A DNA stretch of 63,314 bases, counting the filler, from Eubacteriales bacterium (lineage in GTDB: Bacteria > Bacillota > Clostridia > Oscillospirales > CAG-382), in NCBI GenBank assembly GCA_045636665.1. It is 8 parts of 8 records of this genome, joined end to end, with 100 filler letters (N's around TTAATTAATTAA, not from the genome) between each part and the next. Parts side by side here need not be neighbours in the genome. Positions count along the whole stretch, not along the records: positions 1 to 23,378 come from JAZTXY010000071.1; 7 more parts are not named here. One strand, given 5' to 3'. The position numbers and the translations under genes were made by a program. The notes under the pieces were generated by a model, which saw only the letters and a program-made list of their open reading frames with translations, searched no databases and was not told the DNA's origin. Shown in pieces: positions 1 through 7,592 of the stretch. The number at the start of each line of letters is the position of its first letter. Position 1 is the stretch's first letter.

Positions 1-13
1 CAAAATGCACAAC

Positions 14-23
14 GGGGGGGGGG
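14..23. repeat. G10 homopolymer upstream of the fibre cluster
   Basis: Ten consecutive G at 14-23, about 20 nt upstream of a TATATT hexamer (45-50). Confidence 0.9.
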
Positions 24-164
24 TACAACCCTATCTCGTTTGGCTATATTACACAACGCTTGTGGAGGCGTTCTCGACCTAACTAACTGCCTCCGTTCAT
101 TGGCGCTGACGGAGTGCAGTTCTGCACTTGCGCCAATGAAAATATTAAGGAGGTCATAGGTAAT

Positions 165-1697
165 ATGACAAAAGTAACCAAACGCGCACTTCTCACAAGC
201 GCACTCGCACTTGTTGTTTGTGTTTCTATGCTCATCGGCACCACCTACGCGTGGTTCACCGACAGCGTTGTTTCCAACAACAACATTATCAAGTCCGGTA
301 GTCTTGACATCGCAATGGAATGGGCTAACGGCTCTGAAGCTCCCGCAACCGCAACTTGGACTGACGCTTCCACCGGCCCCATCTTCGATAATGACCTTTG
401 GGAACCCGGCTACACCGAAGCAAGACACATCAAAATCACCAACAAGGGCACTCTTGCACTCAACTGGACTCTCGCAATCGTTCCTAACGGCGAAGTTTCC
501 GCACTCGCTGACGTAATCGACGTTTACTACTATGATGGCTATGGTTACGGTCATGCAAAGCAAGTTATTGATCGTAACGTAACAGGTATGGAATACGTTG
601 GTACTCTCCGCGAATGGCTCAGCGCAGGTATCGATAAAGGTTTCCTTGATGCCGGCAAATCCTTCTCCGCAACTATCGTTCTTAAGATGAGAGAAGAAGC
701 AGGCAACGAATATCAAAACCTTTCTATCGGCGACAGCTTCTCTGTTCAACTCCTTGCAACTCAGAGAACTTATGAATCCGACAGCTTCGACGAAGATTAT
801 GACGTAGGCGCAAGCAAGACTCTCGTTACTCCCGCAACTGCACAGGCAGCTATCTGGGCAGCTAAAGAAGGCGATGTAATCTATCTTGACCATGGCAAAT
901 ATGGTAATCTCGTTATCGAAAACGAAGATGGTTCTTCCAAGAAGGGTATCACTATCGAACACGATTCTCCCAAAAATCCTTACAATGAACCCCTTACTGT
1001 TGCATCTATCAACTTGAACGGCTCTGAAAATATCACAATCCGTGGTATCTTCTTTGCTGCTGAACAAGCTGAACGCGTTTATAGTAAGAAGTCCGGCGAA
1101 ACCAATTATTACGCAAGCATCATCGGTTCTAAAAAAGATGGCAACACCGGCGCGAAGAACATCGTGATCGACAACTGCCGCTTCGCTAAAGATGGCTCAT
1201 ATTGGGATGAAAGCACTGTTAACCCCAATAACTACGTTCCTGTTTGCTTCGAAGAACAAGGTCGTCCCACCAGCCGCGCTACTAACATCATCGTTGAGAA
1301 TTGTTATGTAGACGTTGAAGTATTCAACTTCGTTCGCGCAAACTATATGGCTGATGGCTTTGTAACCGTTCAGAACAATCAACTTATTAATGCAACCAGA
1401 CACAGTGTTATCAACTTGACCGGCAACGCTGCTAACATCTATGTAAGAGACAACGGCATCAAGGGTTGGAACCCTGAAAAGGCAATGCTCGGTACCTCTT
1501 GGCAGGATAAAGTTGTTGATATCGTTGTTACCGGTAATACCATCGCTCCTCGTGCAGCACTTACCGGTGAAGGCGTAGTTCTTGATATCAAGCCTTCCTA
1601 CACCAAGGATAACTGCAACATTACCTTTGAAGGCAATACCTTCGGTGGCACACTTGCTGGTTTGAACGAATCTACCGTTCCTTGCAACAGACCTTAA
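165..1697 (+). CDS. SipW-dependent-type signal peptide protein: TasA/camelysin-like N-domain plus C-terminal parallel beta-helix
   Basis: AAGGAGG RBS before ATG 165; signal ends GTTYA-WFTD; WEPG..I.ITNKGTLAL TasA-like motif; C-half has AQAAI..AKEGDVIYLDHGKYG and Asn/Ile-rich beta-helix turns. Confidence 0.8.
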   Translation: MTKVTKRALLTSALALVVCVSMLIGTTYAWFTDSVVSNNNIIKSGSLDIAMEWANGSEAPATATWTDASTGPIFDNDLWEPGYTEARHIKITNKGTLALNWTLAIVPNGEVSALADVIDVYYYDGYGYGHAKQVIDRNVTGMEYVGTLREWLSAGIDKGFLDAGKSFSATIVLKMREEAGNEYQNLSIGDSFSVQLLATQRTYESDSFDEDYDVGASKTLVTPATAQAAIWAAKEGDVIYLDHGKYGNLVIENEDGSSKKGITIEHDSPKNPYNEPLTVASINLNGSENITIRGIFFAAEQAERVYSKKSGETNYYASIIGSKKDGNTGAKNIVIDNCRFAKDGSYWDESTVNPNNYVPVCFEEQGRPTSRATNIIVENCYVDVEVFNFVRANYMADGFVTVQNNQLINATRHSVINLTGNAANIYVRDNGIKGWNPEKAMLGTSWQDKVVDIVVTGNTIAPRAALTGEGVVLDIKPSYTKDNCNITFEGNTFGGTLAGLNESTVPCNRP

Positions 1698-1713
1698 TCA
1701 ACTAAGAAAATAA

Positions 1714-1791
1714 GCCCGTCCCGACTCCTTTCGGGGAGTCGGGCGGTAAGCAAAGGGTATAAAACCTAATGCTTGTATCTTTTGCTTGCCG
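1714..1791 (+). other. Intergenic tandem double stem-loop, copy 1
   Basis: CCCGACTCC/GGAGTCGGG (1720-1743) followed by an 18-bp stem CGGTAAGCAAAGGGTATA/TGTATCTTTTGCTTGCCG (1744-1791). Confidence 0.7.
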
Positions 1792-1932
1792 AGGGCAAAA
1801 ACCCAAGGCAAAAGTAAAAGGCGAACCCGTCATTCGCCCAAGCTTTAAATTGTCATATTACCTATGAATTTCGGTTAGTTTTTTAATTTGAACCAAAAAA
1901 ATTAAAAAAATAATTCATAGGAGAAAATTACA

Positions 1933-4281
1933 ATGGCTAAAAATGCAACAAAGCGCGCTTTAATTTCCAGCGCTCTTGCACTTCTTGTTTGCGTTTCTAT
2001 GCTCATCGGCACCACCTACGCGTGGTTCACCGACAGCGTAGTTTCCAACAACAACATTATCACTGCTGGCAACTTAGATCTCGAAGTTGAATACACTCTC
2101 GATGGCGAGAATTGGGATACCCTTGATGGCGCAGACGACCTCTTCCAAAAGGGTCTTTGGGAACCCGGCCACACCGAAGTAGTAGCTCTTAAAGTTACTA
2201 ACGCAGGTACCTTGGCATTTAAGTACACCGCAAATATGAATATCGTTAACGAAGTTATCGGTACCAGCGTTGAAGGCAACGATATCGTTCTTTCCGATAT
2301 TCTTACCGTTAGCACTGTAACCCAACAGGTAAACCAAATTGGCGATATTTTGCTCAATATGGTTTTCAATGGTGCTGAAAACACTGATAAAGGCAGTGCA
2401 AAGAGCTTTAAGTCCGCAAATGTTCTTCAGGAAACTACTGAGCTTTTAGCAGGCGATTCGCACTATATCATCATTACTGTTGATATGGCAGAAACCGTTG
2501 GCAACGAAGCTAACTACCGCGGCGATAAAATTCCTTCTATCGAATTCGGTATCAACGTATTTGCTACTCAGTACACTTATGAAAATGATACCTTCGGCAA
2601 TGACTATGACTTGAACGCACCTTGGACCGGTGAAGTAGATACCGCTTGGTACAACACTACTGACACTGAATTTGTTCTTGAGTCTGCTGAAGAATTTGCC
2701 GGCTTTGCTGCTCTCGTAAACAACGGCACCGAATATTTCGAAGGCAAGACCATTAAGCTCGGTAGAAATATCGACCTTAATAACCTCGAATGGACTCCTA
2801 TCGGTTCCGCTACTCTCGATCACGGCTTCATGGGTAACTTCGATGGTAATGGCAAGACCATTTCCAATCTTACCATTAACAACATCGCACTCGATGCAGA
2901 TGGCTATGCATACGCTGGTTTGTTCGGTGTTACCGAAGGCGCAGCTGGTGCAGAGAATGAAATTAAGAATCTCACCATCAAGAACGTTACCATTAACACC
3001 ACTGGCGCTATCGTAGCTGCAGCAATCGCATACCCCTACTACACCACTTTGAGCAACATCACTGTTTGCGGCGATATTGCTATCACCGGTGGCGACTACA
3101 CCTCCGGCGTTCTTGCTTACACAAGACGTTGCACAACCGCAAGCAATATTACCATTAACGGTAACGCAGGTTCTTACATCACCGGTAAACAAGTCGTTGG
3201 TGGTGTCATTTCTGACATCCAGATGAACGGCGGCTTAAAGGCTAACTATTCTAACTTCTCCGCTTCCAACCTCACCATCACCGGTGACAAGATGGTTGGT
3301 GGTATCTCCGGTATTATCTGTAACCAAACTCTCAATGGCGCTAACGTTAATAACGTTACCCTCGTTTGCTCCGATAATCGTGTAGGTATTGTTTCCGGTT
3401 CGTTTGATACCAATCCTGTTATCAACAATGTAAAACATAGCAATGTTACCGGCGCAACCTCTATTGTAGGTGCTCCTTACGGCACGACTGGCGGCAATAT
3501 TACCATCGATGGCAAGGAATGCATTGGTGATGTAGTTTCGCTCCAAGCAGCTATTAATGAAGCTAAAGACGGCGATGTTATCACTCTCGGCGCTAGCATC
3601 TCCGGTAACGTAACTGTTGCTCAGAAGCCCGGCGTAGTTGTTACCATCGATGGTAACGGCAGCGAATTCAAGGGTGGTCTGCTTGTTGACGGCGGTTCTA
3701 ATGCATCCGCTGACGAAGGCATTATCATTCAGAATGTTGTTTTCACCGGCACTCTTCCCAGTGGCGTTGACGCTTGCATCAGATTGGGTGAACAGGGCAA
3801 CAACAACACCCGTTACACCAGTAACGTAACCATTAAGGATTGCATCTTTGATATCGAAGGCGCAGTAGGCATTAAGTCCTACACTGGTGGCGACAAGAAC
3901 CTTACCATCATCAATTGCGTTGCAACCGAAAAGGCTCACTCCTTGCTTCAGGCAAAGGGTATCGACGGCATTGAAGTTGTAGGTTGCGAAGTTTATTCCA
4001 AGAATGGTCTTAACTTCAACAACAGCACTAACGTAATCGTTGATGATTGTAACGTTGACGTTAAGGGTTATGCAGTTCGTTTCGGCGAAGGCTCTGTTGC
4101 AGACACTAATGCTGAAACCTACCTTATCAAGGATTGCACTTTGAAGTCTGCTTGCGCTGAGTCCGACGATGCTGTAATCGTTCTTCGTGGCACTGCTGCC
4201 AATGCAACTCTTACCATCACCAACACCACCCTTGTTGGCACTAATGAAATCGCTAACAACACTAACGCAACTGTTAAATAA
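1933..4281 (+). CDS. SipW-dependent-type signal peptide protein: TasA-like N-domain plus GLUG-like/beta-helix adhesin region
   Basis: GTTYA-WFTD signal, WEPGHTEV..LKVTNAGTLA, then WTPIG..F.GNFDGNGKTISNL..GLFG adhesin motif and a second beta-helix. Confidence 0.8.
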   Translation: MAKNATKRALISSALALLVCVSMLIGTTYAWFTDSVVSNNNIITAGNLDLEVEYTLDGENWDTLDGADDLFQKGLWEPGHTEVVALKVTNAGTLAFKYTANMNIVNEVIGTSVEGNDIVLSDILTVSTVTQQVNQIGDILLNMVFNGAENTDKGSAKSFKSANVLQETTELLAGDSHYIIITVDMAETVGNEANYRGDKIPSIEFGINVFATQYTYENDTFGNDYDLNAPWTGEVDTAWYNTTDTEFVLESAEEFAGFAALVNNGTEYFEGKTIKLGRNIDLNNLEWTPIGSATLDHGFMGNFDGNGKTISNLTINNIALDADGYAYAGLFGVTEGAAGAENEIKNLTIKNVTINTTGAIVAAAIAYPYYTTLSNITVCGDIAITGGDYTSGVLAYTRRCTTASNITINGNAGSYITGKQVVGGVISDIQMNGGLKANYSNFSASNLTITGDKMVGGISGIICNQTLNGANVNNVTLVCSDNRVGIVSGSFDTNPVINNVKHSNVTGATSIVGAPYGTTGGNITIDGKECIGDVVSLQAAINEAKDGDVITLGASISGNVTVAQKPGVVVTIDGNGSEFKGGLLVDGGSNASADEGIIIQNVVFTGTLPSGVDACIRLGEQGNNNTRYTSNVTIKDCIFDIEGAVGIKSYTGGDKNLTIINCVATEKAHSLLQAKGIDGIEVVGCEVYSKNGLNFNNSTNVIVDDCNVDVKGYAVRFGEGSVADTNAETYLIKDCTLKSACAESDDAVIVLRGTAANATLTITNTTLVGTNEIANNTNATVK

Positions 4282-4300
4282 TTAACTTAAGTTAATTCAA

Positions 4301-4372
4301 GCCACCCGTCCTTAAACGGACGGGCGGCAATCAAGGTACATAAGTTTAAATATTTATGTATCTTGATTGCTG
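4301..4372 (+). other. Intergenic tandem double stem-loop, copy 2
   Basis: GCCACCCGTCC/GGACGGGCGGC (4301-4328) overlapping a 19-bp stem CGGCAATCAAGGTACATAA/TTATGTATCTTGATTGCTG (4325-4372). Confidence 0.7.
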
Positions 4373-4406
4373 AATCATTCAATAATATAAAAAGGAGGTC
4401 ATTAAA

Positions 4407-4970
4407 TTGGCAAAAATTAAGATAAGAATATTCGTCGTAGCGCTTGTGGCAACTCTTATGGCGTTTTTTAGCCAATCCACCCTCGCCTTCTATTCGACAG
4501 TAGGTACTGCCACCAACGTTGTGACCTCCGGTAATATCCGTTTTATAATCAACGAAACGACCGACCAAGGAACTGCGTTCCCCGAGGAAGGTGTTTATAT
4601 CGTACCCGGTGATATCGTTTCCAAGAAGGTTAACATTACAAGCGATTGCGAGCATCCCTTCTATCTTCGTGTTAAGATAATCTATGGTATTAACTCCGAA
4701 GAGCTCACGGCAGAGGATTGCTTCAAGCTCAACGTTAACGAAGCCGATTGGGAGCTTCGCGACGGTTGGTATTACTACAAGGGAATCGTTAACCCCAACG
4801 AAACCACGCCCGACATTTTCTCGCACGTTGAAATCGTCGGCGCAAAGGTTGATAACAGCTATATCGGCAAGACCTTGAACCTTACAGTTAAAGCGCAAGC
4901 CGTTCAGAGCGAAAACAATCCGCTTCCCGACGGCAACACCCATTCCGCCTCCGGTTGGCCCAAGGAATAA
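4407..4970 (+). CDS. Small SipW-dependent biofilm matrix/fibre subunit (BsaA/TasA-like)
   Basis: AGGAGG plus TTG start; STLA-FYS...TNVVTSGNI, PGDIVSKKV, YLRVKI, DGWYYY, AQAVQS motifs. Confidence 0.75.
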   Translation: MAKIKIRIFVVALVATLMAFFSQSTLAFYSTVGTATNVVTSGNIRFIINETTDQGTAFPEEGVYIVPGDIVSKKVNITSDCEHPFYLRVKIIYGINSEELTAEDCFKLNVNEADWELRDGWYYYKGIVNPNETTPDIFSHVEIVGAKVDNSYIGKTLNLTVKAQAVQSENNPLPDGNTHSASGWPKE

Positions 4971-4983
4971 GGAGGTTTTGTAG

Positions 4984-5652
4984 ATGAAAAAGCTATTTTT
5001 GGTATTTATCGTTTGCATCCTCGCTCTTTCCTCGATGCTCACCGCAAGCGCGGATAACGGCAAGGTTACTTACAGCGGAAATGCAGGAAACTTTATTTTC
5101 GCACCGGGAAGTGACTATTCGCTTACCGATTTGTTCCCGAATTTCAAGGGAGTTATGCCCGGCGACACTTTGACCCAACAAATCACGGTTAAAAACGATG
5201 CCGATGATAAGGTTAAGGTGAAAATTTATATCCGTTCCAAAGGCGCGCACGAGAATTCTGTCGATTTTCTTTCCCAGCTTCACCTTACCGTGAAGACGAG
5301 CGAAGAAAACGAAATGGCATATATGTTCGATGCCGCTGCGAATGAAACCGCACAGCTTACCGAATGGACTTATCTCGGCTTGCTTTATTCGGGCGGTGAA
5401 GTCAACTTGGACGTTAATTTGACCGTTCCTGTTGAGCTTGACAACCAATATCAAGACCAAATCGGATATCTTGATTGGGAATTTATGGTCGAGGAAATGC
5501 CTGCCGAGCCCGACGATCCTGTAAAGCCGGGCGACGACAGCAACAAGCTTTTCTATATCACGTTAATGCTTGGTTCTGTAATATTTTTGATTATTCTTTT
5601 GGCTTGGCGTAAAAAGGATAAGGAGAAAAAACAAAACACTGCACAATTCTAA
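4984..5652 (+). CDS. TasA-like protein with C-terminal sortase-like sorting signal
   Basis: Standard Sec signal (TASA); MPGDTLTQQITVKN motif; C-terminal VKPGD, hydrophobic helix and RKKDKEKK tail. Confidence 0.65.
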   Translation: MKKLFLVFIVCILALSSMLTASADNGKVTYSGNAGNFIFAPGSDYSLTDLFPNFKGVMPGDTLTQQITVKNDADDKVKVKIYIRSKGAHENSVDFLSQLHLTVKTSEENEMAYMFDAAANETAQLTEWTYLGLLYSGGEVNLDVNLTVPVELDNQYQDQIGYLDWEFMVEEMPAEPDDPVKPGDDSNKLFYITLMLGSVIFLIILLAWRKKDKEKKQNTAQF

Positions 5653-5667
5653 CAAAGGGGGAATAAA

Positions 5668-6321
5668 GTGGTGTCGAATTTAAAGAAAAAACCGTATAAA
5701 AAGATCGCTTTAGCCCTCAGCTTGTGCTTTCTCATCGTTTGGGGCATACTCGGTACGGGCGCATCGCTTGCGTGGTTTACCGATACCTCGAACGAGCTAA
5801 ACAACATTTTCCATTTTGCCGATTTCGAGCTTAAGGTTTCTCACCGCACCGAGGACGGAAATTGGGAAGTTGTTGACAGCGAGACCAAAATTTTCGATGA
5901 AAACGCTTTATACGAACCGGGCTACGTTCAGGTTGTGTATTTAAAGGTTGAAAATTTGGGCGACCGTCCGTTTACCTTCCACACCGCGGTGAACGTAAAC
6001 GATTGCGTTATTGCTACAAACGTGTTCGGTCATAAGTTTATGTTGCAGGATTTCTTGAAGTTCGGTGTTGCATCTGCAGATACCGAAGCAGAAATGGATA
6101 ACAGCGTTATCAGCCGCGACAAGGCGGTTCAAATCGCAAATATGCCCTTGCATAATTATTACGAAACCGATACGGCTGTTTTGGACGCTAACGGTACAAA
6201 GTATATTGCATTAATCGTTCGTATGCCCGAGGAGGTTACAAACGTTGCGAATTACCGCGGCGAAGACATTCCGAAGGTTGATTTGGGTATCACGGTTAAA
6301 GCAGAACAAATTAAGAACTAA
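5668..6321 (+). CDS. SipW-dependent-type TasA-like subunit
   Basis: ASLA-WFTD signal, LYEPGYVQVVYLKVENLG, MPEEV.N.ANYRG; similar to the N-domain of 1933-4281. Confidence 0.75.
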   Translation: MVSNLKKKPYKKIALALSLCFLIVWGILGTGASLAWFTDTSNELNNIFHFADFELKVSHRTEDGNWEVVDSETKIFDENALYEPGYVQVVYLKVENLGDRPFTFHTAVNVNDCVIATNVFGHKFMLQDFLKFGVASADTEAEMDNSVISRDKAVQIANMPLHNYYETDTAVLDANGTKYIALIVRMPEEVTNVANYRGEDIPKVDLGITVKAEQIKN

Positions 6322-6357
6322 CACGTCCGGAGTACTCTTTGAAAGGAGGTTTAGCTT

Positions 6358-7350
6358 GTGAGAAAACTGTATAACGAATTTTTTGCTGTTTCAGAAAACG
6401 GAAGAATACGTGAAAAAGTAATGATTGCTCGTGTAGTTTTGACAGTAACAGTTATGGTTGTCTGCTTAGCGGCAATGAGTATGACTGCTTATGCATATTT
6501 TTCTCACGAAGTTGTTACCTCTAATAATATAATTAAATCTGCCGAATTTTCGATTGAAGTAACATCCCAAGACGTAGATATTACAGCGGTCAACAGCAAG
6601 ACCTTTACTGCAAATTTAACGGGTGGTAGTACCTATACTTTCACCGTTAAGGGCAGTGGCGATGCTACAACAGGATTTTGCACCGTTTCTGCATCTGATT
6701 GCTATGACGGAACTTATCACACCAGACAAATCTATAAAAACAACGAGGGATATGATGTAATCAGTTTCTCGATCAAACCCACGAAGGATACTGTTGTAAC
6801 GATTACGGCACATTGGGGAACTTCTTCCAAATATCAAGAGTTCCAAGAAAACGGTGTTGCTAAGTTGTATATCAATGACAAAGACACGGTCGAAATGAGC
6901 ATCGGCACACCTCCTGCGTTTAAAGCACCCAGACCTTCCGTTGACAATACCGACGATAACGAAAGTAACGAAGATAATGCCGACGTAAGCGACGAAATCA
7001 TCGAAGAAAGCACCGACGAGAGTGTTGACGAAAGTACCGACGAAGGTACTGACGAAGGTACCGACGAGTCGCAACCTACCGTTAACGAAAACGGTGAAAT
7101 TATCCATATCGTAAAAGATGGCGAAAATCTTTCGAGAATAGCTAATCTTTACGGACGTAATTCGCGCGACCTTGCTTATTATAACGAATTGAAAAATCCC
7201 GACACCATAAAGGTCGGTCAAGAGATTATAATACCGCCTTCCGATTGGAAGCGGCCGAAGGATGAGGTTGAGTCTTCACCCGAAGCGTCAACACCCGAAG
7301 CGTCAACACCCGACGAATCGACTGCGGTCGAAAACGAAAGTTCACAATGA
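6358..7350 (+). CDS. SipW-type subunit with acidic linker and LysM domain
   Basis: TAYA-YFS..VVTSNNIIKS; DE-rich spacer; HIVKDGENLSRIA..YG....LAYYN.LKNPDTIKVGQEIIIP matches LysM. Confidence 0.8.
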   Translation: MRKLYNEFFAVSENGRIREKVMIARVVLTVTVMVVCLAAMSMTAYAYFSHEVVTSNNIIKSAEFSIEVTSQDVDITAVNSKTFTANLTGGSTYTFTVKGSGDATTGFCTVSASDCYDGTYHTRQIYKNNEGYDVISFSIKPTKDTVVTITAHWGTSSKYQEFQENGVAKLYINDKDTVEMSIGTPPAFKAPRPSVDNTDDNESNEDNADVSDEIIEESTDESVDESTDEGTDEGTDESQPTVNENGEIIHIVKDGENLSRIANLYGRNSRDLAYYNELKNPDTIKVGQEIIIPPSDWKRPKDEVESSPEASTPEASTPDESTAVENESSQ

Positions 7351-7355
7351 AAAGT

Positions 7356-7397
7356 AATCCGAATTTTTGCCAAAATGGTCAAAGGTTCGGATTTTTT
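7356..7397 (+). terminator. Rho-independent terminator of the fibre cluster
   Basis: AATCCGAA...TTCGGATT stem followed by a T run. Confidence 0.55.
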
Positions 7398-7592
7398 CTT
7401 TACCGTATGATTTGTTACGGGTGAATTTGCCATATTGCGGTGTCTGATGTTATCGCAATGCCCAATCTACAATCGCATATTATCTTTATATTATAAATCG
7501 GGCGGCAGAAGCGCTATTATTGCTAAAAAAAACAAAAGCCGACGAGAAATTAAACTCATCGACTTTTATTGTAGCTTTACATTGACTTGATT

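Noticed and set aside
1792..1840. c-di-GMP-I riboswitch (GGCAAA motifs)
   Set aside because: The GGCAAA...GACGCAAA two-stem architecture is not present
7010..7315. Short tandem repeats (STDE and STPEA units) as regulatory repeats
   Set aside because: In-frame low-complexity linker coding around LysM
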